Assembly: GCA_964057225.1 (NCBI GenBank)
Contig: CAXKVF010000074.1
Span: 620,001 to 684,000, forward strand
Source: Auanema rhodensis
Taxonomy: Eukaryota > Animalia > Nematoda
Direction: 5' to 3'
DNA: 64,000 bases
In this document: positions 28,561 through 43,200 of the stretch, piece by piece
How the letters are laid out: every line of letters begins with the position of its first letter
How positions within the stretch are numbered: position 1 is the stretch's first letter
Position numbers and translations under genes: made by a program
Notes under the pieces: model-generated
The model's input: the letters and a program-made list of their open reading frames with translations, nothing else
Told to the model about the DNA's origin: nothing
Databases searched by the model: none

Positions 28561-28593
28561 AATTTTTATTGATATTGGTTCATGGTAACCATG

Positions 28594-31500
28594 ACTTTGA
28601 AATTTACGTGAACTTTAATTTATGCTAATTAAATGTACACGTGATGTGCACTTGGTATGTAACTCGCTTCACGTGAAAGATAAAGAGATGCGGTTTTCAA
28701 AATTAGATCCCCCATGTCCATATTAGTCTAAAAACTAATTTTTATTGATATTGGTGCATGGTAACCATGACTTTGAAATTTACGTGAACATTAATTTATG
28801 CTAATTAAATGTACACGTGATGTGCACTTGGTATGTAACTCGCTTCACGTGAAAGATAAAGAGATGCGGTTTTCAAAATTAGATTCCTCATGTCCATATT
28901 AGTCTAAAAACAAATTTTTATTGATATTGGTGCATGGTAACCATGACTTTGAAATTTACGTGAACTTTAATTTATGCTAATTAAATGTACACGTGATGTG
29001 CACTTGGTATGTAACTCGCTTCACGTGAAAGATAAAGAGATGCGGTTTTCAAAATTAGATTACCCATGTCCATATTAGTCTAAAAACAAATTTTTATTGA
29101 TATTGGTTCATGGTAACCATGACTTTGAAATTTACGTGAACTTTAATTTATGCTAATTAAATGTACACGTGATGTGCACTTGGTATGTAACTCGCTTCAC
29201 GTGAAAGATAAAGAGATGCGGTTTTCAAAATTAGATCCCCCATGTCCATATTAGTCTAAAAACAAATTTTTATTGATATTGGTGCATGGTAACCATGACT
29301 TTGAAATTTACGTGAACTTTAATTTATGCTAAATAAATGTACACGTGATGTGCACTTGGTATGTAACTCGCTTCACGTGAAAGATAAAGAGATGCGGTTT
29401 TCAAAATTAGATTCCCCATGTCCATATTAGTCTAAAAACAAATTTTTATTGATATTGGTGCATGGTAACCATGACTTTGAAATTTACGTGAACTTTAATT
29501 TATGCTAATTAAATGTACACGTGATGTGCACTTGGTATGTAACTCGCTTCACGTGAAAGTTAAAGAGATGCGGTTTTCATAATTAGATTACCCATGTCCA
29601 TATTAGTCTAAAAACAAATTTTTATTGATATTGGTTCATGGTAACCATGACTTTGAAATTTACGTGAACTTTAATTTATGCTAATTAAATGTACACGTGA
29701 TGTGCACTTGGTATGTAACTCGCTTCACGTGAAAGATAAAGAGATGCGGTTTTCAAAATTAGATCCCCCATGTCCATATTAGTCTAAAAACTAATTTTTA
29801 TTGATATTGGTGCATGGTAACCATGACTTTGAAATTTACGTGAACATTAATTTATGCTAATTAAATGTACACGTGATGTGCACTTGGTATGTAACTCGCT
29901 TCACGTGAAAGATAAAGAGATGCGGTTTTCAAAATTAGATTCCTCATGTCCATATTAGTCTAAAAACAAATTTTTATTGATATTGGTGCATGGTAACCAT
30001 GACTTTGAAATTTACGTGAACTTTAATTTATGCTAATTAAATGTACACGTGATGTGCACTTGGTATGTAACTCGCTTCACGTGAAAGATAAAGAGATGCG
30101 GTTTTCAAAATTAGATTACCCATGTCCATATTAGTCTAAAAACAAATTTTTATTGATATTGGTTCATGGTAACCATGACTTTGAAATTTACGTGAACTTT
30201 AATTTATGCTAATTAAATGTACACGTGATGTGCACTTGGTATGTAACTCGCTTCACGTGAAAGATAAAGAGATGCGGTTTTCAAAATTAGATCCCCCATG
30301 TCCATATTAGTCTAAAAACAAATTTTTATTGATATTGGTGCATGGTAACCATGACTTTGAAATTTACGTGAACTTTAATTTATGCTAAATAAATGTACAC
30401 GTGATGTGCACTTGGTATGTAACTCGCTTCACGTGAAAGATAAAGAGATGCGGTTTTCAAAATTAGATTACCCATGTCCATATTAGTCTAAAAACAAATT
30501 TTTATTGATATTGGTTCATGGTAACCATGACTTTGAAATTTACGTGAACTTTAATTTATGCTAATTAAATGTACACGTGATGTGCACTTGGTATGTAACT
30601 CGCTTCACGTGAAAGATAAAGAGATGCGGTTTTCAAAATTAGATCCCCCATGTCCATATTAGACTAAAAACAAATTTTTATTGATATTGGTGCATGGTAA
30701 CCATGACTTTGAAATTTACGTGAACTTTAATTTATGCTAATTAAATGTACACGTGATGTGCACTTGGTATGTAACTCGCTTCACGTGAAAGATAAAGAGA
30801 TGCGGTTTTCAAAATTAGATTCCCCATGTCCATATTAGTCTAAAAACAAATTTTTATTGATATTGCTTCATGGTAACCATGACTTTGAAATTTACGTGAA
30901 CTTTAATTTATGCTAATTAAATGTACACGTGATGTGCACTTGGTATGTAACTCGCTTCACGTGAAAGATAAAGAGATGCGGTTTTCAAAATTAGATTCCC
31001 CATGTCCATATTAGTCTAAAAACAAATTTTTATTGATATTGGTTCATGGTAACCATGACTTTGAAATTTACGTGAACTTTAATTTATGCTAATTAAATGT
31101 ACACGTGATGTGCACTTGGTATGTAACTCGCTTCACGTGAAAGATAAAGAGATGCGGTTTTCAAAATTAGATCCCCCATGTCCATATTAGTCTAAAAACA
31201 AATTTTTATTGATATTGGTGCATGGTAACCATGACTTTGAAATTTACGTGAACTTTAATTTATGCTAATTAAATGTACACGTGATGTGCACTTGGTATGT
31301 AACTCGCTTCACGTGAAAGATAAAGAGATGCGGTTTTCAAAATTAGATCACCCATGTCCATATTAGTCTAAAAACAAATTTTTATTGATATTGGTTCATG
31401 GTAACCATGACTTTGAAATTTACGTGAACTTTAATTTATGCTAATTAAATGTACACGTGATGTGCACTTGGTATGTAACTCGCTTCACGTGAAAGATAAA

Positions 31501-31940
31501 GAGATGCGGTTTTCAAAATTAGATCCCCCATGTCCATATTAGACTAAAAACAAATTTTTATTGATATTGGTGCATGGTAACCATGACTTTGAAATTTACG
31601 TGAACTTTAATTTATGCTAATTAAATGTACACGTGATGTGCACTTGGTATGTAACTCGCTTCACGTGAAAGATAAAGAGATGCGGTTTTCAAAATTAGAT
31701 TCCCCATGTCCATATTAGTCTAAAAACAAATTTTTATTGATATTGCTTCATGGTAACCATGACTTTGAAATTTACGTGAACTTTAATTTATGCTAATTAA
31801 ATGTACACGTGATGTGCACTTGGTATGTAACTCGCTTCACGTGAAAGATAAAGAGATGCGGTTTTCAAAATTAGATTCCCCATGTCCATATTAGTCTAAA
31901 AACAAATTTTTATTGATATTGGTTCATGGTAACCATGACT
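28594..31940. repeat. 6-mer (1056 bp) then 5-mer (880 bp) duplications
   Basis: AACTAATT/AACATT/GCTAAATA markers in blocks starting 28594 and 29650. AGACT marker at 30661 and 31541. Confidence 0.85.
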
Positions 31941-33520
31941 TTGAAATTTACGTGAACTTTAATTTATGCTAATTAAATGTACACGTAATGTGCACTTGGT
32001 ATGTAACTCGCTTCACGTGAAAGATGAAGAGATGCGGTTTTCAAAATTAGATTCCCCATGTCCATATTAGTCTAAAAACAAATTTTTATTGATATTGCTT
32101 CATGGTAACCATGACTTTGAAATTTACGTGAACTTTAATTTATGCTAATTAAATGTACACGTGATGTGCACTTGGTATGTAACTCGCTTCACGTGAAAGA
32201 TAAAGAGATGCGGTTTCCAAAATTAGATTCCCCATGTCCATATTAGTCTAAAAACAAATTTTTATTGATATTGGTTCATGGTAACCATGACTTTGAAATT
32301 TACGTGAACTTTAATTTATGCTAATTAAATGTACACGTGATGTGCACTTGGTATGTAACTCGCTTCACGTGAAAGATAAAGAGATGCGGTTTCCAAAATT
32401 AGATTCCCCATGTCCATATTAGTCTAAAAACAAATTTTTATTGATATTGGTTCATGGTAACCATGACTTTGAAATTTACGTGAACTTTAATTTATGCTAA
32501 TTAAATGTACACGTGATGTGCACTTGGTATGTAACTCGCTTCACGTGAAAGATAAAGAGATGCGGTTTTCAAAATTAGATTCCCCATGTCCATATTAGTC
32601 TAAAAACAAATTTTTATTGATATTGGTGCATGGTAACCATGACTTTGAAATTTACGTGAACTTTAATTTATGCTAATTAAATGTACACGTGATGTGCACT
32701 TGGTATGTAACTCGCTTCACGTGAAAGATAAAGAGATGCGGTTTACAAAATTAGATTCCCCATGTCCATATTAGTCTAAAAACAAATTTTTATTGATATT
32801 GGTGCATGGTAACCATGACTTTGAAATTTACGTGAACTTTAATTTATGCTAATTAAATGTACACGTGATGTGCACTTGGTATGTAACTCGCTTCACGTGA
32901 AAGATAAAGAGATGCGGTTTTCAAAATTAGATTCCCCATGTCCATATTAGTCTAAAAACAAATTTTTATTGATATTGCTTCATGGTAACCATGACTTTGA
33001 AATTTACGTGAACTTTAATTTATGCTAATTAAATGTACACGTGATGTGCACTTGGTATGTAACTCGCTTCACGTGAAAGATAAAGAGATGCGGTTTTCAA
33101 AATTAGATTCCCCATGTCCATATTAGTCTAAAAACAAATTTTTATTGATATTGGTTCATGGTAACCATGACTTTGAAATTTACGTGAACTTTAATTTATG
33201 CTAATTAAATGTACACGTGATGTGCACTTGGTATGTAACTCGCTTCACGTGAAAGATAAAGAGATGCGGTTTACAAAATTAGATTCCCCATGTCCATATT
33301 AGTCTAAAAACAAATTTTTATTGATATTGCTTCATGGTAACCATGACTTTGAAATTTACGTGAACTTTAATTTATGCTAATTAAATTTACACGTGATGTG
33401 CACTTGGTATGTAACTCGCTTCACGTGAAAGATAAAGAGATGCGGTTTCCAAAATTAGATTCCCATGTCCATATTAGTCTAAAAACAAATCTTTATTGAT
33501 ATTGGTTCATGGTAACCATG

Positions 33521-36500
33521 ACTTTGAAATTTACGTGAACTTTAATTTATGCTAATTAAATGTACACGTGATGTGCACTTGGTATGTAACTTGCTTCACG
33601 TGAATGATAAAGAGATGCGGTTTTCAAATTTAGATTCCCCATGTCCATATTAGTCTAAAAACAAATTTTTATTGATATTGCTTCATGGTAACCATGACTT
33701 TGAAATTTACGTGAACTTTAATTTATGCTAATTAAATGTACACGTGATGTGCACTTGGTATGTAACTCGCTTCACGTGAAAGATAAAGAGATGCGGTTTT
33801 CAAAATTAGATTCCCCATGTCCATATTAGTCTAAAAACAAATTTTTATTGATATTGCTTCATGGTAACCATGACTTTGAAATTTACGTGAACTTTAATTT
33901 ATGCTAATTAAATGTACACGTGATGTGCACTTGGTATGTAACTCGCTTCACGTGAAAGATAAAGAGATGCGGTTTTCAAAATTAGATTCCCCATGTCCAT
34001 ATTAGTCTAAAAACAAATTTTTATTGATATTGCTTCATGGTAACCATGACTTTGAAATTTACGTGAACTTTAATTTATGCTAATTAAATGTACACGTGAT
34101 GTGCACTTGGTATGTAACTCGCTTCACGTGAAAGATAAAGAGATGCGGTTTTCAAAATTAGATTCCCCATGTCCATATTAGTCTAAAAACAAATTTTTAT
34201 TGATATTGGTTCATGGTAACCATGACTTTGAAATTTACGTGAACTTTAATTTATGCTAATTAAATGTACACGTGATGTGCACTTGGTATGTAACTCGCTT
34301 CACGTGAAAGATAAGGAGATGCGGTTTTCAAAATTAGATTCCCCATGTCCATATTAGTCTAAAAACAAATTTTTATTGATATTGGTTCATGGTAACCATG
34401 ACTTTGAAATTTACGTGAACTTTAATTTATGCTAATTAAATGTACACGTGATGTGCACTTGGTATGTAACTCGCTTCACGTGAAAGATAAAGAGATGCGG
34501 TTTTCAAAATTAGATTCCCCATGTCCATATTAGTCTAAAAACAAATTTTTATTGATATTGGTTCATGGTAACCATGACTTTGAAATTTACGTGAACTTTA
34601 ATTTATGCTAATTAAATGTACACGTGATGTGCACTTGGTATGTAACTCGCTTCACGTGAAAGATAAGGAGATGCGGTTTTCAAAATTAGATTCCCCATGT
34701 CCATATTAGTCTAAAAACAAATTTTTATTGATATTGGTTCATGGTAACCATGACTTTGAAATTTACGTGAACTTTAATTTATGCTAATTAAATGTACACG
34801 TGATGTGCACTTGGTATGTAACTCGCTTCACGTGAAAGATAAAGAGATGCGGTTTTCAAAATTAGATTCCCCATGTCCATATTAGTCTAAAAACAAATTT
34901 TTATTGATATTGGTGCATGGTAACCATGACTTTGAAATTTACGTGAACTTTAATTCATGCTAATTAAATGTACACGTGATGTGCACTTGGTATGTAACTT
35001 GCTTCACGTGAATGATAAAGAGATGCAGTTTTCAAATTTAGATTCCCCATGTCCATATTAGTCTAAAAACAAATTTTTATTGATATTGCTTCATGGTAAC
35101 CATGACTTTGAAATTTACGTGAACTTTAATTTATGCTAATTAAATGTACACGTGATGTGCACTTGGTATGTAACTCGCTTCACGTGAAAGATAAAGAGAT
35201 GCGGTTTTCAAAATTAGATTCCCCATGTCCATATTAGTCTAAAAACAAATTTTTATTGATATTGCTTCATGGTAACCATGACTTTGAAATTTACGTGAAC
35301 TTTAATTTATGCTAATTAAATGTACACGTGATGTGCACTTGGTATGTAACTCGCTTCACGTGAAAGATAAAGAGATGCGGTTTTCAAAATTAGATTCCCC
35401 ATGTCCATATTAGTCTAAAAACAAATTTTTATTGATATTGGTTCATGGTAACCATGACTTTGAAATTTACGTGAACTTTAATTTATGCTAATTAAATGTA
35501 CACGTGATGTGCACTTGGTATGTAACTCGCTTCACGTGAAAGATAAAGAGATGCGGTTTTCAAAATTAGATTCCCCATGTCCATATTAGTCTAAAAACAA
35601 ATTTTTATTGATATTGGTGCATGGTAACCATGACTTTGAAATTTACGTGAACTTTAATTTATGCTAATTAAATGTACACGTGATGTGCACTTGGTATGTA
35701 ACTCGCTTCACGTGAAAGATAAAGAGATGCGGTTTTCAAAATTAGATTCCCCATGTCCATATTAGTCTAAAAACAAATTTTTATTGATATTGGTTCATGG
35801 TAACCATGACTTTGAAATTTACGTGAACTTTAATTTATGCTAATTAAATGTACACGTGATGTGCACTTGGTATGTAACTTGCTTCACGTGAATGATAAAG
35901 AGATGCGGTTTTCAAATTTAGATTCCCCATGTCCATATTAGTCTAAAAACAAATTTTTATTGATATTGCTTCATGGTAACCATGACTTTGAAATTTACGT
36001 GAACTTTAATTTATGCTAATTAAATGTACACGTGATGTGCACTTGGTATGTAACTCGCTTCACGTGAAAGATAAAGAGATGCGGTTTTCAAAATTAGATT
36101 CCCCATGTCCATATTAGTCTAAAAACAAATTTTTATTGATATTGCTTCATGGTAACCATGACTTTGAAATTTACGTGAACTTTAATTTATGCTAATTAAA
36201 TGTACACGTGATGTGCACTTGGTATGTAACTCGCTTCACGTGAAAGATAAAGAGATGCGGTTTTCAAAATTAGATTCCCCATGTCCATATTAGTCTAAAA
36301 ACAAATTTTTATTGATATTGGTTCATGGTAACCATGACTTTGAAATTTACGTGAACTTTAATTTATGCTAATTAAATGTACACGTGATGTGCACTTGGTA
36401 TGTAACTCGCTTCACGTGAAAGATAAGGAGATGCGGTTTTCAAAATTAGATTCCCCATGTCCATATTAGTCTAAAAACAAATTTTTATTGATATTGGTTC

Positions 36501-37220
36501 ATGGTAACCATGACTTTGAAATTTACGTGAACTTTAATTTATGCTAATTAAATGTACACGTGATGTGCACTTGGTATGTAACTCGCTTCACGTGAAAGAT
36601 AAAGAGATGCGGTTTTCAAAATTAGATTCCCCATGTCCATATTAGTCTAAAAACAAATTTTTATTGATATTGGTGCATGGTAACCATGACTTTGAAATTT
36701 ACGTGAACTTTAATTCATGCTAATTAAATGTACACGTGATGTGCACTTGGTATGTAACTTGCTTCACGTGAATGATAAAGAGATGCGGTTTTCAAATTTA
36801 GATTCCCCATGTCCATATTAGTCTAAAAACAAATTTTTATTGATATTGCTTCATGGTAACCATGACTTTGAAATTTACGTGAACTTTAATTTATGCTAAT
36901 TAAATGTACACGTGATGTGCACTTGGTATGTAACTCGCTTCACGTGAAAGATAAAGAGATGCGGTTTTCAAAATTAGATTCCCCATGTCCATATTAGTCT
37001 AAAAACAAATTTTTATTGATATTGCTTCATGGTAACCATGACTTTGAAATTTACGTGAACTTTAATTTATGCTAATTAAATGTACACGTGATGTGCACTT
37101 GGTATGTAACTCGCTTCACGTGAAAGATAAAGAGATGCGGTTTTCAAAATTAGATTCCCCATGTCCATATTAGTCTAAAAACAAATTTTTATTGATATTG
37201 GTTCATGGTAACCATGACTT
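33521..37220. repeat. 5-mer HOR nested in a 10-mer (1760 bp)
   Basis: The T72+T85+T109+C161 monomer has its T72 at 33592, 35000, 35880, 36760. C28 (34956, 36716) and ATAAGG (34666, 36426) recur 1760 bp apart. Confidence 0.87.
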
Positions 37221-40200
37221 TGAAATTTACGTGAACTTTAATTTATGCTAATTAAATGTACACGTGATGTGCACTTGGTATGTAACTCGCTTCACGTGAA
37301 AGATAAAGAGATGCGGTTTTCAAAATTAGATTCCCCATGTCCATATTAGTCTAAAAACAAATTTTTATTGATATTGCTTCATGGTAACCATGACTTTGAA
37401 ATTTACGTGAACTTTAATTTATGCTAATTAAATGTACACGTGATGTGCACTTGGTATGTAACTCGCTTCACGTGAAAGATAAAGAGATGCGGTTTTCAAA
37501 ATTAGATTCCTCATGTCCATATTAGTCTAAAAACAAATTTTTATTGATATTGGTTCATGGTAACCATGACTTTGAAATTTACGTGAACTTTAATTTATGC
37601 TAATTAAATGTACACGTGATGTGCACTTGGTATGTAACTCGCTTCACGTGAAAGATAAAGAGATGCGGTTTTCAAAATTAGATTCCCCATGTCCATATTA
37701 GTCTAAAAACAAATTTTTATTGATATTGCTTCATGGTAACCATGACTTTGAAATTTACGTGAACTTTAATTTATGCTAATTAAATGTACACGTGATGTGC
37801 ACTTGGTATGTAACTCGCTTCACGTGAAAGATAAAGAGATGCGGTTTTCAAAATTAGATTCCCCATGTCCATATTAGTCTAAAAACAAATTTTTATTGAT
37901 ATTGGTGCATGGTAACCATGACTTTGAATTTTACGTGAACTTTAATTTATGCTAATTAAATGTACACGTGATGTGCACTTGGTATGTAACTCGCTTCACG
38001 TGAAAGATAAAGAGATGCGGTTTTCAAAATTAGATTCCCCATGTCCATATTAGTCTAAAAACAAATTTTTATTGATATTGGTGCATGGTAACCATGACTT
38101 TGAAATTTACGTGAACTTTAATTTATGCTAATTAAATGTACACGTGATGTGCACTTGGTATGTAACTCGCTTCACGTGAAAGATAAAGAGATGCGGTTTT
38201 CAAAATTAGATTCCCCATGTCCATATTAGTCTAAAAACAAATTTTTATTGATATTGGTGCATGGTAACCATGACTTTGAATTTTACGTGAACTTTAATTT
38301 ATGCTAATTAAATGTACACGTGATGTGCACTTGGTATGTAACTCGCTTCACGTGAAAGATAAAGAGATGCGGTTTTCAAAATTAGATTCCCCATGTCCAT
38401 ATTAGTCTAAAAACAAATTTTTATTGATATTGGTGCATGGTAACCATGACTTTGAAATTTACGTGAACTTTAATTTATGCTAATTAAATGTACACGTGAT
38501 GTGCACTTGGTATGTAACTCGCTTCACGTGAAAGATAAAGAGATGCGGTTTTCAAAATTAGATTCCCCATGTCCATATTAGTCTAAAAACAAATTTTTAT
38601 TGATATTGCTTCATGGTAACCATGACTTTGAAATTTACGTGAACTTTAATTTATGCTAATTAAATGTACACGTGATGTGCACTTGGTATGTAACTCGCTT
38701 CACGTGAAAGATAAAGAGATGCGGTTTTCAAAATTAGATTCCCCATGTCCATATTAGTCTAAAAACAAATTTTTATTGATATTGGTGCATGGTAACCATG
38801 ACTTTGAAATTTACGTGAACTTTAATTTATGCTAATTAAATGTACACGTGATGTGCACTTGGTATGTAACTCGCTTCACGTGAAAGATAAAGAGATGCGG
38901 TTTTCAAAATTAGATTCCCCATGTCCATATTAGTCTAAAAACAAATTTTTATTGATATTGGTGCATGGTAACCATGACTTTGAAATTTACGTGAACTTTA
39001 ATTTATGCTAATTAAATGTACACGTGATGTGCACTTGGTATGTAACTCGCTTCACGTGAAAGATAAAGAGATGCGGTTTTCAAAATTAGATTCCTCATGT
39101 CCATATTAGTCTAAAAACAAATTTTCATTGATATTGGTGCATGGTAACCATGACTTTGAAATTTACGTGAACTTTAATTTATGCTAATTAAATGTACACG
39201 TGATGTGCACTTGGTATGTAACTCGCTTCACGTGAAAGATAAAGAGATGCGGTTTTCAAAATTAGATTCCCCATGTCCATATTAGTCTAAAAACAAATTT
39301 TTATTGATATTGCTTCATGGTAACCATGACTTTGAAATTTACGTGAACTTTAATTTATGCTAATTAAATGTACACGTGATGTGCACTTGGTATGTAACTC
39401 GCTTCACGTGAAAGATAAAGAGATGCGGTTTTCAAAATTAGATTCCCCATGTCCATATTAGTCTAAAAACAAATTTTTATTGATATTGGTTCATGGTAAC
39501 CATGACTTTGAAATTTACGTGAACTTTAATTTATGCTAATTAAATGTACACGTGATGTGCACTTGGTATGTAACTCGCTTCACGTGAAAGATAAAGAGAT
39601 GCGGTTTTCAAAATTAGATTCCCCATGTCCATATTAGTCTAAAAACAAATTTTTATTGATATTGGTGCATGGTAACCATGACTTTGAAATTTACGTGAAC
39701 TTTAATTTATGCTAATTAAATGTACACGTGATGTGCACTTGGTATGTAACTCGCTTCACGTGAAAGATAAAGAGATGCGGTTTTCAAAATTAGATTCCCC
39801 ATGTCCATATTAGTCTAAAAACAAATTTTTATTGATATTGGTGCATGGTAACCATGACTTTGAAATTTACGTGAACTTTAATTTATGCTAATTAAATGTA
39901 CACGTGATGTGCACTTGGTATGTAACTCGCTTCACGTGAAAGATAAAGAGATGCGGTTTTCAAAATTAGATTCCCCATGTCCATATTAGTCTAAAAACAA
40001 ATTTTTATTGATATTGGTTCATGGTAACCATGACTTTGAAATTTACGTGAACTTTAATTTATGCTAATTAAATGTACACGTGATGTGCACTTGGTATGTA
40101 ACTCGCTTCACGTGAAAGATAAAGAGATGCGGTTTTCAAAATTAGATTCCCCATGTCCATATTAGTCTAAAAACAAATTTTTATTGATATTGGTGCATGG

Positions 40201-43200
40201 TAACCATGACTTTGAAATTTACGTGAACTTTAATTTATGCTAATTAAATGTACACGTGATGTGCACTTGGTATGTAACTCGCTTCACGTGAAAGATAAAG
40301 AGATGCGGTTTTCAAAATTAGATTCCCCATGTCCATATTAGTCTAAAAACAAATTTTTATTGATATTGGTGCATGGTAACCATGACTTTGAAATTTACGT
40401 GAACTTTAATTTATGCTAATTAAATGTACACGTGATGTGCACTTGGTATGTAACTCGCTTCACGTGAAAGATAAAGAGATGCGGTTTTCAAAATTAGATT
40501 CCTCATGTCCATATTAGTCTAAAAACAAATTTTCATTGATATTGGTGCATGGTAACCATGACTTTGAAATTTACGTGAACTTTAATTTATGCTAATTAAA
40601 TGTACACGTGATGTGCACTTGGTATGTAACTCGCTTCACGTGAAAGATAAAGAGATGCGGTTTTCAAAATTAGATTCCCCATGTCCATATTAGTCTAAAA
40701 ACAAATTTTTATTGATATTGCTTCATGGTAACCATGACTTTGAAATTTACGTGAACTTTAATTTATGCTAATTAAATGTACACGTGATGTGCACTTGGTA
40801 TGTAACTCGCTTCACGTGAAAGATAAAGAGATGCGGTTTTCAAAATTAGATTCCCCATGTCCATATTAGTCTAAAAACAAATTTTTATTGATATTGGTTC
40901 ATGGTAACCATGACTTTGAAATTTACGTGAACTTTAATTTATGCTAATTAAATGTACACGTGATGTGCACTTGGTATGTAACTCGCTTCACGTGAAAGAT
41001 AAAGAGATGCGGTTTTCAAAATTAGATTCCCCATGTCCATATTAGTCTAAAAACAAATTTTTATTGATATTGGTGCATGGTAACCATGACTTTGAAATTT
41101 ACGTGAACTTTAATTTATGCTAATTAAATGTACACGTGATGTGCACTTGGTATGTAACTCGCTTCACGTGAAAGATAAAGAGATGCGGTTTTCAAAATTA
41201 GATTCCTCATGTCCATATTAGTCTAAAAACAAATTTTCATTGATATTGGTGCATGGTAACCATGACTTTGAAATTTACGTGAACTTTAATTTATGCTAAT
41301 TAAATGTACACGTGATGTGCACTTGGTATGTAACTCGCTTCACGTGAAAGATAAAGAGATGCGGTTTTCAAAATTAGATTCCCCATGTCCATATTAGTCT
41401 AAAAACAAATTTTTATTGATATTGGTTCATGGTAACCATGACTTTGAAATTTACGTGAACTTTAATTTATGCTAATTAAATGTACACGTGATGTGCACTT
41501 GGTATGTAACTCGCTTCACGTGAAAGATAAAGAGATGCGGTTTTCAAAATTAGATTCCCCATGTCCATATTAGTCTAAAAACAAATTTTTATTGATATTG
41601 CTTCATGGTAACCATGACTTTGAAATTTACGTGAACTTTAATTTATGCTAATTAAATGTACACGTGATGTGCACTTGGTATGTAACTCGCTTCACGTAAA
41701 AGATAAAGAGATGCGGTTTTCAAAATTAGATTCCCCATGTCCATATTAGTCTAAAAACAAATTTTTATTGATATTGGTTCATGGTAACCATGACTTTGAA
41801 ATTTACGTGAACTTTAATTTATGCTAATTAAATGTACACGTGATGTGCACTTGGTATGTAACTCGCTTCACGTGAAAGATAAAGAGATGCGGTTTTCAAA
41901 ATTAGATTCCCCATGTCCATATTAGTCTAAAAACAAATTTTTATTAATATTGGTGCATGGTAACCATGACTTTGAATTTTACGTGAACTTTAATTTATGC
42001 TAATTAAATGTACACGTGATGTGCACTTGGTATGTAACTCGCTTCACGTGAAAGATAAAGAGATGCGGTTTTCAAAATTAGATTCCTCATGTCCATATTA
42101 GTCTAAAAACAAATTTTCATTGATATTGGTGCATGGTAACCATGACTTTGAAATTTACGTGAACTTTAATTTATGCTAATTAAATGTACACGTGATGTGC
42201 ACTTGGTATGTAACTCGCTTCACGTGAAAGATAAAGAGATGCGGTTTTCAAAATTAGATTCCCCATGTCCATATTAGTCTAAAAACAAATTTTTATTGAT
42301 ATTGCTTCATGGTAACCATGACTTTGAAATTTACGTGAACTTTAATTTATGCTAATTAAATGTACACGTGATGTGCACTTGGTATGTAACTCGCTTCACG
42401 TGAAAGATAAAGAGATGCGGTTTTCAAAATTAGATTCCCCATGTCCATATTAGTCTAAAAACAAATTTTTATTGATATTGCTTCATGGTAACCATGACTT
42501 TGAAATTTACGTGAACTTTAATTTATGCTAATTAAATGTACACGTGATGTGCACTTGGTATGTAACTCGCTTCACGTGAAAGATAAAGAGATGCGGTTTT
42601 CAAAATTAGATTCCCCATGTCCATATTAGTCTAAAAACAAATTTTTATTGATATTTGTTCATGGTAACCATGACTTTGAAATTTACGTGAACTTTAATTT
42701 ATGCTAATTAAATGTACACGTGATGTGCACTTGGTATGTAACTCGCTTCACGTGAAAGATAAAGAGATGCGGTTTTCAAAATTAGATTCCCCATGTCCAT
42801 ATTAGTCTAAAAACAAATTTTTATTGATATTGGTTCATGGTAACCATGACTTTGAAATTTACGTGAACTTTAATTTATGCTAATTAAATGTACACGTGAT
42901 GTGCACTTGGTATGTAACTCGCTTCACGTGAAAGATAAAGAGATGCGGTTTTCAAAATTAGATTCCCCATGTCCATATTAGTCTAAAAACAAATTTTTAT
43001 TAATATTGGTGCATGGTAACCATGACTTTGAATTTTACGTGAACTTTAATTTATGCTAATTAAATGTACACGTGATGTGCACTTGGTATGTAACTCGCTT
43101 CACGTGAAAGATAAAGAGATGCGGTTTTCAAAATTAGATTCCCCATGTCCATATTATTCTAAAAACAAATTTTTATTGATATTGGTTCATGGTAACCATG

